Shown in pieces: positions 9,907 to 20,154 of a DNA stretch of 64,000 nt. The position numbers were made by a program, and so were the translations under genes. The notes below the pieces were generated by a model. The model ran no database searches. It was given only the letters and a program-made list of their open reading frames with translations, and had not been told where the DNA came from. This DNA is from an uncultured Gammaproteobacteria bacterium. GTDB taxonomy: Bacteria > Patescibacteriota > Microgenomatia > Levybacterales > GWA1-39-11. How positions within the stretch are numbered: position 1 is the first letter of the stretch; every line of letters starts with the position of its first letter. Location: contig CAZEEU010000002.1 in the NCBI GenBank assembly GCA_964511305.1, positions 17,608 through 81,607 on the forward strand. Reading direction: 5' to 3'.

Positions 9907-10356
9907 ATGGGACTCTTTGATAGATTTAAATTCGGCTCACAAAATTCTCAACCATCAGCTCCCTCTCCTGCTGCTCCAGTTGGCCCAAAAATGAAAAAAG
10001 TACTTGTTGTTGAAGACGATGAAGCTCTTCGTGGATTATACGTGGAAGTACTAAAAGCCGAGCAATTAGATGTGATTTCTGCAGAAAATGGCCTTAAAGG
10101 CTTAGAAATTGCCCAAGCACAAAAGCCAGACGTCATTCTCTTGGACCTCATGATGCCTGTTATGGATGGCAAAACCATGCTTCGTACGCTTAGAGGACTT
10201 CCTGGATTTGAAAAACTACCGGTTATTATATTGACCAATGCAGGAGACATAGACTCCATTCGAGAAACAAAATTATTTGGAAATGCCAATGCATTTCTTA
10301 TAAAAGCAAATGTTACCCCTCAAGATATAGTCCAAAATATAAGAACCTACATTTAA
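9907..10356 (+). CDS. Stand-alone response regulator receiver
   Basis: VLVVEDD, PDVILLDLMMPVMDG, IILTN, FLIK. Confidence 0.92.
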   Translation: MGLFDRFKFGSQNSQPSAPSPAAPVGPKMKKVLVVEDDEALRGLYVEVLKAEQLDVISAENGLKGLEIAQAQKPDVILLDLMMPVMDGKTMLRTLRGLPGFEKLPVIILTNAGDIDSIRETKLFGNANAFLIKANVTPQDIVQNIRTYI

Positions 10357-10359
10357 TCC

Positions 10360-11208
10360 ATGAGATTTCTTGCCCTACTTTTTTTCCTCGCGACAGCTCC
10401 ACTTGTTATATTTTTAGCTGCACTTTCATACGGAGGGGTATCCACTGACATTATCAAAACCGAACTAGCAAAAAGCGGTTTGTATAAAAAAATCGATTTT
10501 CCCCCAGTTACTCCTGATTATGCGAGAGCGAAAGTAAATAAGGCAATTGATGATTCAGCCTTGTGGATCACAGGCAAGACAAATGACGCTCCCATAGTCT
10601 CATTCAAAGATATAAAGGACGAATTTTTGGCAAAAAATCCAGATATACAAGATTCAATTGTCGAAATGTCCAATATGCCTGAAGCTGAAGCATCAGAGGG
10701 AGACTATGCCCAAGGTGAGGATCCTCAGGAAATTATGAAGTCTATCGCAAAAAATGACTTCTCTTATCCACTTAAAGATGCTTTATCGGGACTCAAGATG
10801 GGACATTCTGTACTTTCTGTAATGCTTCCAGTGCTTTTAATTCTCATGATCATAAGTGTTATTGTAATAATTTTGAAATCTCCTGACAATAAAAGCAGGT
10901 TTCGATGGCTTGGAGTTACTTTTCTCTTAAGCGCTGTTGGCTCATATCTCCTTTTTCTCGTATTTGAATTTATCGCAGCAACAGCACTTGCTGCGGCCAT
11001 CCAAAATTCAAACGGTATATTTACCTTAGTTATTCCTATCATTGAGAGTGTCGCTATGCTTTTTCTAGCAAGACATGGAGATTTTCAGATATTTTATTCT
11101 TTTGCAATCGGGGTATTTGGCGTGGTTTGTCTTGCATCATCTTTTGCTTTTCAAAAGGATACTATACCTAACAAACCACAACCAAATCAAAAAAAGAAAT
11201 CTACTTAA
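10360..11208 (+). CDS. Hypothetical multi-pass membrane protein
   Basis: N-terminal TM plus several C-terminal hydrophobic segments. Confidence 0.7.
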   Translation: MRFLALLFFLATAPLVIFLAALSYGGVSTDIIKTELAKSGLYKKIDFPPVTPDYARAKVNKAIDDSALWITGKTNDAPIVSFKDIKDEFLAKNPDIQDSIVEMSNMPEAEASEGDYAQGEDPQEIMKSIAKNDFSYPLKDALSGLKMGHSVLSVMLPVLLILMIISVIVIILKSPDNKSRFRWLGVTFLLSAVGSYLLFLVFEFIAATALAAAIQNSNGIFTLVIPIIESVAMLFLARHGDFQIFYSFAIGVFGVVCLASSFAFQKDTIPNKPQPNQKKKST

Positions 11209-11509
11209 TCAATGTAAATCCTCCGATTAACGGAAGGGGTTTCATAACTCCATTAGAAGCGTTGATAATACCCATTACAAAGAAAACCAAGACTGCGATA
11301 TTTCCTATTGGGAGCACTAAGAACCATCCCAAGAAAGGAACTACGCCACCTACTACCTGAACTGCTATAGCTAGGATTAAAAGGATAAGTCCTTGGTTAG
11401 CATGATATTTTGCAAATGTTGATTTTGGTGCCGCAAGAAGCGGTATGAAAAAAAGGATATAAGCCAAAATCCCCATTGTTTTGTTTTGTTGTGCGTCAGT
11501 TGATGCCAT
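11201..11509 (-). CDS. Tic20-like/DUF4870 small membrane protein
   Basis: ILAYILFFIPL, FAKYHANQGL, GIINASNG..KPLPLIG; AAGGAGG SD. Confidence 0.85.
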   Translation of the reverse strand: MASTDAQQNKTMGILAYILFFIPLLAAPKSTFAKYHANQGLILLILAIAVQVVGGVVPFLGWFLVLPIGNIAVLVFFVMGIINASNGVMKPLPLIGGFTLIK

Positions 11510-11669
11510 ATTTACTCACCTCCTTTACTAAAGAATTACTTCCCAAAAATTTGCATAGTAAGCTACAGAAAAGCGCCCAAAATTAAAGTTACTAGAAATT
11601 GCAACAACGAGTTTGCCAGAATACACATGCTGGAGAAATTTGGTGTTTGACTTCTTGGCCATGGGAGAT

Positions 11670-12299
11670 TTAGTAGCCTTCTGAATCATCTGTAACAGGC
11701 TCTTCACCTGTCATAGAATCCCCGCCTTGATACTGCTCCATCATTTTCTTTACATCTTCTTCACTCATTCCATTACCATTCATCATTTTTGACATATCCT
11801 GAAAATCTACGTCAGCAGGTGGAGTGAACAAGCTATCCGAAACAACTGAGGCTTTACATTTATCTTTATACTCTTCCAAGTCTTTGATTATATTGTCTGC
11901 TTCATTTGATTTATCATTCTCCATTGCTTGATCATCATCTTTTGCTTCCGGAATTTCCATCATAAATCCTTCTTTACCTTTCCAAGAATATATCTTTCTA
12001 TCTTTCATGATCATGCTACCGGTCTGTTCTGGATCTGAAGACTCCATATCTGCCCGTATCGCACCATTCTTTATGAAGTATTTGGATTTTACGTTTTGAG
12101 CGTCAGTATATTCACATTCAAGGCTAACTGATTTTGTAAGTGCGTCTTTAATTGAAGTGAAAGCGTTTCCGCCCATCATGCTGCTACCCATCATTTTTCC
12201 TTTATTGAGCATGAAAAAAGCACCTGCAGCAACAACGAGAACTCCTACAACAATTAGAACAATTACAATTGGGGGGAATCCTTTTTTAGCAGTAGCCAT
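11670..12299 (-). CDS. Hypothetical membrane-anchored protein
   Basis: KKGF + TM; SLECEY...C...DSLFTPPADVDF. Confidence 0.7.
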   Translation of the reverse strand: MATAKKGFPPIVIVLIVVGVLVVAAGAFFMLNKGKMMGSSMMGGNAFTSIKDALTKSVSLECEYTDAQNVKSKYFIKNGAIRADMESSDPEQTGSMIMKDRKIYSWKGKEGFMMEIPEAKDDDQAMENDKSNEADNIIKDLEEYKDKCKASVVSDSLFTPPADVDFQDMSKMMNGNGMSEEDVKKMMEQYQGGDSMTGEEPVTDDSEGY

Positions 12300-12515
12300 A
12301 AGATACATTAAGCATAATCATTTGGAAGATTTCCTGTCAAGAGATCAATTTCAGCAATTTTCTGATGCAATTTTATCAAGCAACCATATTTTAACGTCTA
12401 AATCATATGTGAATGAGCGAAACATATAGCGCATGCAACAACAACTAATAGCTAGACATTCCACAAATCAAAGATGAGAGAAGGGCTATGGAGCAGGTTC
12501 ACTATATACGTAAAT

Positions 12516-13100
12516 CTACCTCTTCTTTTTCTTGTCAGCATTTCTCAGTGGAGGAAAATAGTCTTTAAATAGAAAAAATACTATATTAATCATTGACCCA
12601 AATACTAACACCCAAGTAAGCAATTCAATATTGCCAAGAGTTAGCATAATATCCTGGACTACTTTCATAGGTTCTGTGAATATATACCAAGAATGAGTTC
12701 TTTGAACCTTGCCCAAGATAACTCCAAATGCTATGACGTAATTAAGCCCTATATATAAAATTTCTTTCTTTATCTCTGGAAAGCGAAGCCTTTTGAAAAT
12801 GAGTGCAATTGGCTCAAGCGAATATACATAAGTCATAACACCTAGTGCCGCAAGAATCGAGAATTGGACAAGAAGAATAAGCTGCTCTCCCATCCCGACT
12901 CTAAGAAGCTGATACGGTAGATGCTGAAGGTCGGTTATCAAATAAATCGTGTTAGGTAAAAATAAGAGCCAAAAGAAAAAAACTATTAAATGAACGACGA
13001 TGTTAAGTCTGCGTCTCAGAACAACAACTAATATTATTGGGAGGAAAGCTAATATGGTATTAAATACCATCCAGGAAAAATTGTAGGCAAAGAAAGTCAC
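12516..13100 (-). CDS. DUF1361 family membrane protein
   Basis: WMVFNTILAFLP, WLLFLPNTIYLITDLQH, GKVQRTHSW. Confidence 0.82.
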   Translation of the reverse strand: MTFFAYNFSWMVFNTILAFLPIILVVVLRRRLNIVVHLIVFFFWLLFLPNTIYLITDLQHLPYQLLRVGMGEQLILLVQFSILAALGVMTYVYSLEPIALIFKRLRFPEIKKEILYIGLNYVIAFGVILGKVQRTHSWYIFTEPMKVVQDIMLTLGNIELLTWVLVFGSMINIVFFLFKDYFPPLRNADKKKKR

Positions 13101-13110
13101 GAATTTAATC

Positions 13111-13911
13111 TTACCCTACTTTTTTCACCAAAATCAACTTGCCATCAGCGTCAAAACCCACGATACCCTCATCTACTAGCTTCTTTACATGAGCCCTAGC
13201 GGTCATTTTTCCAGCGAATCCGTGGTTCCCATAATAAACCTCCACCATTTCATCGATTGTACGTACTCCCCTCTCTATCAACCTAAGCATCCCTATTTCA
13301 CGTCTTGTTGTTCTATCGATATATGCATCTATTTTTCCTGCAGCATCAGTAATGGGTTTGCCATGGCCTGAAAGAAGCATCGAGGGCTCCATGTTTTTAA
13401 GCAAATGAAGACTATTAATATAGTCGCTCATTTCAGCGCATACCACAACAGAGTCTGCTTCAATTATTGTATCTCCCGTAAATATTGCGCCAGTTACAGA
13501 ATCGCTTACAACCAAGCTATCTTCAGTATGTCCCGGTGTTGCAACTACATTAAGTACCCGTGAACCAAGATCAATGCTTCGGTTAACTGCTTTTTTGCCA
13601 GTTCCTCCATGCGACCTGCTTTCAGTAATTTGACCAAACTGTGATCTACCACCTCGATGATCAAAATGGAAATGCGTTACAACCATCGAGTCAATTTTAG
13701 GAGAACCAAGATTGCGCCAAGTGTCTGCAAGCAGTTGCCCTTCTTGCGCCATACCACGTCCTGTATCAATAATAGCTGCACTCTCTTGCCCAACAACAAT
13801 ATAAAAATTGGGTGCACCGACTGTCCATTCATAATCACCAACAGTCATTTGGGTTATACCCTCTGCAACCTCGCGTGCAATAGCCTGGCCATGGCTTGGA
13901 GTTTCAAACAT
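13111..13911 (-). CDS. MBL-fold metallo-hydrolase (LACTB2-like)
   Basis: IIDTG, THFHFDH, TPGHT, FTGD, LSGHG. Confidence 0.88.
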   Translation of the reverse strand: MFETPSHGQAIAREVAEGITQMTVGDYEWTVGAPNFYIVVGQESAAIIDTGRGMAQEGQLLADTWRNLGSPKIDSMVVTHFHFDHRGGRSQFGQITESRSHGGTGKKAVNRSIDLGSRVLNVVATPGHTEDSLVVSDSVTGAIFTGDTIIEADSVVVCAEMSDYINSLHLLKNMEPSMLLSGHGKPITDAAGKIDAYIDRTTRREIGMLRLIERGVRTIDEMVEVYYGNHGFAGKMTARAHVKKLVDEGIVGFDADGKLILVKKVG

Positions 13912-13926
13912 GGGGGAATGATACCA

Positions 13927-15165
13927 CTAGAGCGGGAGGTCTACAATAAAAGATGCGCCATCCCCGGCTTTGCTCTCGACTGAAAGCTTACCTTTATGTG
14001 CTTCTACAATCTGAAGACAAATATATAGCCCGACTCCAAGACCAGAATACTCTTTTGAGTTTACGGCTCTTTTGAACTGCTCGAATATCATCTCCTGATC
14101 AACCTTTTTAATGCCAATCCCATTATCTTTTATGCGAATGTGCGCATTTTTCCCTAGTTTCTTGACGGTTATCAAGATAGGTTTCCCTTTTCCATACTTA
14201 ATTGCGTTTGAAAGTAGATTTGCGATTACCTGCTCTATGCGAACCTTGTCCCACATACCGACAATCTTTTCATCCATATCTACAACTACCTGTATGTTGG
14301 AATCCTTAAGGCGCGCTTTAAAACTAAGTATTACCTCTTTTACGAGTCCTATTAGCTCTGTTTCTTCTTTTTCAATTTGTAGTCTTCCTGTTGATGCAAC
14401 CGATACATTTAGTAGGTCATTAATGAGTCTTGCCATCCTATGACTTTGTCTACTGCTTAGCTCCAACATTTTTACAATTTCTCGAATCTCTGGAGATTCG
14501 ATCTCGGTTTTTTGGATTTTCTTAATAACCGCCTGGATATTGAGTAAAATTGAAGTTAAAGGTGTCTTAAGCTCGTGAGACGCAACTGACAAAAATTCAT
14601 CCCTAGTTCTTAATGCCTTTTGCGCTTCCAAATAAAGCCTCGCTTTATCTACAGCTGTTGCAGCTCTATTTGCTAGTTCTTCAATAAATGGTAGGTCAGT
14701 TTCTGAATAGGAAAACTTTGGATCCATTGATGCAGTTGTCAAAACCCCAATTGTTTGACCACGACTAATGAGTGGAACAAAAAGGTGTGAATTAAGACCT
14801 AATTTTTTTATAGTCTCACGCTCTTCCTTTATCTTTGAAACTCTATTAAGCCAGGTAGGTGTAGCTTTTTTTATCAGAACAGTCTTGTTATTTTTAGCAG
14901 TGTCATAAATTGCTTCCTTATTGGATGGACTCGGAAGAAATTCATACATTTTATTTGCAAGTTTTTGCTTTTTTCGATCAGCAACCCTAACAGCAACCCG
15001 AGACATTTTTCGCCCATCAAAAATATCTATAATACAAAAATCAGAAACTCCGGTTACAATAAGCTCTGCTACCGTTCCAAGAGTTGTGTAGTAGTCAAGA
15101 GAAGATGAAAGGACTTTACTTGCTTCAGATAAAAAAAGTATCTTGTCTGATACGACGTGAGGCAT
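13927..15165 (-). CDS. Cytoplasmic GAF-domain sensor histidine kinase
   Basis: GAF; ASHELKTPLT H-box; NLLSNAIKY; DNGIG; GLGVGL. Confidence 0.93.
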   Translation of the reverse strand: MPHVVSDKILFLSEASKVLSSSLDYYTTLGTVAELIVTGVSDFCIIDIFDGRKMSRVAVRVADRKKQKLANKMYEFLPSPSNKEAIYDTAKNNKTVLIKKATPTWLNRVSKIKEERETIKKLGLNSHLFVPLISRGQTIGVLTTASMDPKFSYSETDLPFIEELANRAATAVDKARLYLEAQKALRTRDEFLSVASHELKTPLTSILLNIQAVIKKIQKTEIESPEIREIVKMLELSSRQSHRMARLINDLLNVSVASTGRLQIEKEETELIGLVKEVILSFKARLKDSNIQVVVDMDEKIVGMWDKVRIEQVIANLLSNAIKYGKGKPILITVKKLGKNAHIRIKDNGIGIKKVDQEMIFEQFKRAVNSKEYSGLGVGLYICLQIVEAHKGKLSVESKAGDGASFIVDLPL

Positions 15166-15437
15166 GTACCACAAGTGTAGCACTGATCAATAATATAGCA
15201 AATTTGCCCTGAAACACCCACTACAACAATTGATAGTCAAAACGTAAGTTTTGTTGAAGATGCATTGGAATATGGAGTAGTACTTTACCCCTGATGAGAC
15301 ACCTAGAATCACACACAACCGAATGACTAACCAATTCGGAAGGATGACGAATGTGCCAGTTGAAAAAGTTGATCCAGTTGTAAAAGCCTTAAGTGTGCAA
15401 TTAAAGTTAATAAAATTGCCTGATGCAGAATAATTGG

Positions 15438-16103
15438 TTATTCCCTAATTGTATATCCAAAACCCCTAACACTTTTTATGAGTTTTTTATCATGTCCAGT
15501 ATCTATTTTCTTTCTAAGATATCCGATATACACATCTACCACTCTACTCTCAATTTCAGGTGAATAAAGCCAAATGTGATCTAATATTGCTTCCCGGGAA
15601 AGAACAGCACCCTTGTTAATAATTAAATACTCAAGCAGTTTGAATTCTTTTGCTGTTAGAGAAATACTTTTGCCTCCTCTTTCAACATCATACGTTGAGG
15701 TATTCACAGTAAGGTCCCCTATCTCAAGCAACGGCGTGCCCTGCTGCTTCAATCTTGTTCTGATACGTGCAAGTAATTCGTCTATCTCAAATGGTTTGGA
15801 TATATAATCATCCGCACCCAAATCAAAACCTCTCACAACTTCTCTGGAAGTATTTTTAGCGGTGAGAATTATAATAGGAAGGTCGGGGTGCATTTTTTTC
15901 ACTTCTTCACATACTGTTTCGCCAGCAATACTTTCAATTCCAAGATCAAGCACTATCAAGTCTGGTTTTGCATCTTTCACCATCTTGATAGCCTTTGCCC
16001 CATCTGGCGTGCCAGTGACACTATAGCCCGTCTCCTTAAGGGCATCTAGCAAGAATTCCCGAATATTCGGGTCATCTTCGACAACTAGCACTTTGTATAT
16101 CAT
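15438..16103 (-). CDS. OmpR/PhoB family response regulator
   Basis: Receiver with GADDYISKPF; wHTH VVDVYIGYLRKK, VRGFGY. Confidence 0.95.
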   Translation of the reverse strand: MIYKVLVVEDDPNIREFLLDALKETGYSVTGTPDGAKAIKMVKDAKPDLIVLDLGIESIAGETVCEEVKKMHPDLPIIILTAKNTSREVVRGFDLGADDYISKPFEIDELLARIRTRLKQQGTPLLEIGDLTVNTSTYDVERGGKSISLTAKEFKLLEYLIINKGAVLSREAILDHIWLYSPEIESRVVDVYIGYLRKKIDTGHDKKLIKSVRGFGYTIRE

Positions 16104-16211
16104 AATTTTTGATTAGTAAGGCTACAGACAGGCATATTATTACATAACATCTCCGTCGCAACCACCCTCTGAAATCTCATATGTGTCATATAACTATACT
16201 AATGACCTGAA

Positions 16212-16250
16212 GTAAATCTAATTGTAAGAATCGGTAAGAGAATTGTAAGA
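16212..16250. promoter_or_regulatory. Putative OmpR-type direct-repeat operator
   Basis: GTAA(A/G)(T/A) at 16212, 16224, 16234, 16245 upstream of the regulator gene. Confidence 0.5.
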
Positions 16251-16322
16251 AGAAATCGAGCGTTCAAGGCAACACTTGGTGAGAGCTTTTGGTACTTTTT
16301 TCGGTAGAAAAGTACAAGAAAT

Positions 16323-17975
16323 TTACCAACTCATGCGTAAATGCTCCATTGAATAGTCCATAGTAACCCCAACTTTCTTTCTCGGATTGAACATATTCTC
16401 AGGATCAAATATCTTCTTTGTCTCAACGAATAATTCATATACCTTAGGTCCATACATTTGTCTCAAATATGGAGTCCTTACAAGGCCATCATTATGCTCA
16501 CCGGTAATAGAACCACCATATTTAATAACAAGCTCATACACTTCTTTAGAAATTTGAGGTATTGCGTCTCGAATATGCTTTTTCGTGATATCAACAAGAG
16601 GGATTATATGAAAATTCCCATCCCCAACATGACCGGCAACAGTATAGATAAAGTCTTTATGTTTTTGAATTATTTTATTAACTTGAGGCATAATTTCAGC
16701 AATATGCTCAGGCTTTATAACAAAGTCATCAATGAATGGCGCTGTATGTTTATTTTTAATCTTCTTCCTCAAAAGATTAAAACTCTCACGTCTGATTAAC
16801 CAATACTTCTCTTCCTGAGACTCAATAGCAACCTTAAGTTGTGGATGCAGGGGTGCAAGTTTTGCCTTGAGCTCTGTTACTTTTTGTTTTAATTCTTCCG
16901 GATCATTGCCGGTAAAATCGATTTGTAATACAAGCTTGGGTAATCCACTTCTCATAACCATAAGAAATTCTGGGAAGAATGCAATTCCGCTTCCTATAAA
17001 TCCTTTTGCTCCAAGCTGTTTTGCAAATTCTGGGAAATATTTTAAAGCAAGCTTGAGAGTGTTGTCGTCGTATGACTCAAAGCTTTCTGGCTTGAAAGGC
17101 ATTGCCAAATTTATAATTTCGCCCAAATGCTTTAGGTCATGAAGAAATAGAATTACCATCTCTCTGTGCATATGCATTGGAACAAGATCAATATCAGCTT
17201 CCGTCATAAGACCCAATGTTCCTTGTGCTCCAACCCATAATTGAGTTAAGTCAAAAGTCTTTGCTTCTTTATCCCATACATTCCAAAGCGAATATCCAGC
17301 AGAATTTTTACTTACCTGTGGTTTTGCATCCATGATGACATCATAATTGTCTTTTATTAGCTTGAACATTTTTCTATAAATCTCTCCCTCTACATCTTCT
17401 TGTGCCATTTTCTTCTCCAAAGCCGCTTCTGTAATTTTTTTAATTTCATAGGTATTCCCATCTCTTAGAACTACTTTTACTTTCTTAACATAACGCTCAG
17501 TTTTTCCATATTGCAAAGATTTTTCTCCACCTGAGTTATTATTTACAATCCCTCCCATGGCACAAAGTCCACGAGAAGCTGGATACGAAGGGAAAAGAAG
17601 ACCTTCTCGGGTTGTAACCTTCTCAAGGTCACGATAATATACGCCCGGCTGTGTAGTTATTGTGCGATCGTTAATTACTGGGGTCGCATTAAAGTATTTT
17701 GTAAAACTTACAATTATTGAGTCATTTATTGAGCCTCCACCCATGTCCGTACCCGCTGATCTTCCGGTAAGCGACAAATGCGGATGATCCTTTTTATTCT
17801 CAGCAACAAATTTAACTAAATTTTGAAGATCCGAAACATTTTTTGGGAAAACAACGACCTGTGGTCTTATTTCAAAAAGCGAAGCATCGTGGCTATATTC
17901 CGCAAGAGTGGTTGAGTCAGTCACGACGTCTCCCTCAATAACTTTAGTGAGTGCGGACAGTAATTTTGGATCCAT
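16323..17975 (-). CDS. FAD-linked oxidoreductase (GlcD/D-lactate dehydrogenase-like)
   Basis: RSAGTDMGG, GAQGTLG, GHVGDGNFH, GEHNDG, K.IFDPENMFNP. Confidence 0.9.
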   Translation of the reverse strand: MDPKLLSALTKVIEGDVVTDSTTLAEYSHDASLFEIRPQVVVFPKNVSDLQNLVKFVAENKKDHPHLSLTGRSAGTDMGGGSINDSIIVSFTKYFNATPVINDRTITTQPGVYYRDLEKVTTREGLLFPSYPASRGLCAMGGIVNNNSGGEKSLQYGKTERYVKKVKVVLRDGNTYEIKKITEAALEKKMAQEDVEGEIYRKMFKLIKDNYDVIMDAKPQVSKNSAGYSLWNVWDKEAKTFDLTQLWVGAQGTLGLMTEADIDLVPMHMHREMVILFLHDLKHLGEIINLAMPFKPESFESYDDNTLKLALKYFPEFAKQLGAKGFIGSGIAFFPEFLMVMRSGLPKLVLQIDFTGNDPEELKQKVTELKAKLAPLHPQLKVAIESQEEKYWLIRRESFNLLRKKIKNKHTAPFIDDFVIKPEHIAEIMPQVNKIIQKHKDFIYTVAGHVGDGNFHIIPLVDITKKHIRDAIPQISKEVYELVIKYGGSITGEHNDGLVRTPYLRQMYGPKVYELFVETKKIFDPENMFNPRKKVGVTMDYSMEHLRMSW

Positions 17976-18018
17976 ATTTATGCTTCTTAACCATGATGCA
18001 GGAATTACGAGCTATAAG

Positions 18019-20151
18019 TCAAGTGGAGAGGTAGCATAATGCAGCAATCGCTGCCCCCTTAAGACAAGCGTTTTCCTTCATGTTTTTTGTGTATATAAGC
18101 TGAGATGAACCTTCTACATTTCGCGCCAAATATTGCTCCAACCTCTCTTTGTATCCTGCCACATTGAATACTCCACCATGGAAAACGACAGCTGTTTTTT
18201 GTGGGTTTTCAAATAATCCAAACGTGTTGCCAATACCTTTTACTACAATAGCAGTCATTCGCGCTGACTCATCGTAAAGAGTAATTGCCCTTGCATCTCC
18301 CTTTTGCGCCAATGTGTTAATTTCGTGTCCGCTAGCTCTTTCCCCACTTAATTTCTCGTACATTTTTTCTATACCCGCTTTTCCTGATGCCACCATTTCT
18401 ACGCACGGATTTTGATTTTCAAATACTCCGCATGGATCCGTAATTCCATGGACATTCAAATCTTCAGACAGGCTGATATGCCCTGGTTCTAAAGCTAGTA
18501 TTTTTCCCTGATGTAGTAATGCGCCACCAAATCCACTTCCAGATATTATATAGAGAACCGACTCAACCTCAGGGTATTTCGAAAGCGCCTCAATTGCTCC
18601 GGCTTTAAGTCCCGCAACAGCATCATTGTCAACCACAGGTTGAGCAAATAATTTAGCAAAATCACTTTGATACATTGCCTCAAATTCGTTCCCAAACTCT
18701 TGAACATTTGGACCCATATGAAGTACTGTTCCATTCAGTGGCCCCGCGACAGAAAGACCAACTTTAAGATTTTTATCAAGAGCTTTACTTGCAACATCTT
18801 CCAAAAATTGAAGGTAACCTTTTCCATAGTCTCCTTTATTCATCATAATCTCACTAGAAGTAATTACTTTCCCGTCATCTACTGCAAAAATTTGAGCTGC
18901 AATTTTGTCTCCACCCAAATCTATTGCATATACCTGCTTACCATTTGAATCCAATAAATCTTTTTGCACTTTACGAACATCAAATTCGCTAAGCTCTTTT
19001 ATGTGAAGAGCATCTCTAGATATTAGATTTAACTGTGAATCGGAAAAAGGTAGAAGGTCAGGGCTCGTTAGATATTCATTTTCTTCGACAACCATACTTT
19101 GGCCACGCTCCATCTCATAAAGAGCAACTATAAAAAGAGATTCAGACCAGCCTAATGGCGTATTATCGTTATAATCAGGAGAGTTTGAAAAATATAACTC
19201 AGGAATTCCACTTGAAGTATCTGCAGCAATAAGATCCTTTATATATTCAAAAGCTTTTTCCTTCTCTCCCCTTTTTTGATAAATAATGGAGAGCCATGCA
19301 AGACCAAAAGTCCACTCGGCCTCTTCACTTACAGTATCCACGTTCTTATTGTAATAGGCATCCCCTTTATATCGAATAACTCCCCGCTCTCGCAAAAGGT
19401 GGTATTCAACATTAGTCAGTATCTCCTCTGTTTCTTCAGGTGTTGTTACGTTGTATGGCCAAATAAGTGAAAGTAGGGATAAATCTACAAACTTTCTAGC
19501 GGATTCTCGGGGCAATAAATCTCGCAACGCCTGCTTCCCATTCTCAATTAGCTCTTTTGGCACAGTAATTTTTTCAAGCCTATTGATCGACTCAAGACCT
19601 GCAACGCATGCACCGACAGAGGACGCATGAAGCTCCTCATCCTCTTCCCACATTCCGCTATCTCGATCTTTCCAATACTCGATTGCACCAAGATACTTTA
19701 CGAGCTTATTAACTATCCTAACATGGTCTTCGTCCTTAAGTATTACTCTCTTGTGATGCTTCTCAAGCTCTCCAATTCTAAAAAGAATGCATCCAATTGC
19801 GTCATTCTGCTTATTACCCCACGACTCCCAAAATTCATCAAATGTAGTTGGGTGGAATCGTGCATGGATATACTGATACGATTCTGTTGGTTTATTTTCG
19901 ATAGCCCAATCGATTTTTGCTTCATGCTTTACAAGTATTTCAAGAATTGCAGCGTATGTATTTTCAACAGTTGCCCAATCATTAATTACCTCAAAGGCAA
20001 TAGTCTCGTAGAAATTATCACGAAGCCAGGACTTGTCATAACCGGTACTTACCGTACGATCTGCTGCAGCAAAAAGCCCAGAATCATACTGAAGGGATCT
20101 TAAAATCTCCAAATGTTTGTCTATTAGTTGTTGATAGGAAAGACGAGCCAT
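18019..20151 (-). CDS. GH15-like glycoside hydrolase fused to ROK-family sugar kinase
   Basis: WLRD, DSGMWEE, IPELY, PLGWSES; then DLGG, NDAVA, GSGFGG, EPGH, CVE..ASG. Confidence 0.85.
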   Translation of the reverse strand: MARLSYQQLIDKHLEILRSLQYDSGLFAAADRTVSTGYDKSWLRDNFYETIAFEVINDWATVENTYAAILEILVKHEAKIDWAIENKPTESYQYIHARFHPTTFDEFWESWGNKQNDAIGCILFRIGELEKHHKRVILKDEDHVRIVNKLVKYLGAIEYWKDRDSGMWEEDEELHASSVGACVAGLESINRLEKITVPKELIENGKQALRDLLPRESARKFVDLSLLSLIWPYNVTTPEETEEILTNVEYHLLRERGVIRYKGDAYYNKNVDTVSEEAEWTFGLAWLSIIYQKRGEKEKAFEYIKDLIAADTSSGIPELYFSNSPDYNDNTPLGWSESLFIVALYEMERGQSMVVEENEYLTSPDLLPFSDSQLNLISRDALHIKELSEFDVRKVQKDLLDSNGKQVYAIDLGGDKIAAQIFAVDDGKVITSSEIMMNKGDYGKGYLQFLEDVASKALDKNLKVGLSVAGPLNGTVLHMGPNVQEFGNEFEAMYQSDFAKLFAQPVVDNDAVAGLKAGAIEALSKYPEVESVLYIISGSGFGGALLHQGKILALEPGHISLSEDLNVHGITDPCGVFENQNPCVEMVASGKAGIEKMYEKLSGERASGHEINTLAQKGDARAITLYDESARMTAIVVKGIGNTFGLFENPQKTAVVFHGGVFNVAGYKERLEQYLARNVEGSSQLIYTKNMKENACLKGAAIAALCYLST

Positions 20152-20154
20152 AGA

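Noticed and set aside
11528-11662. 44-aa minus-strand ORF MAKKSNTKF...
   Set aside because: Could be a small or frameshifted membrane-protein gene, but there is no motif or homology support from sequence alone.
15190-15437. Possible pseudogene fragment between the kinase and regulator
   Set aside because: Short open stretch interrupted by a TAG; no recognisable family.
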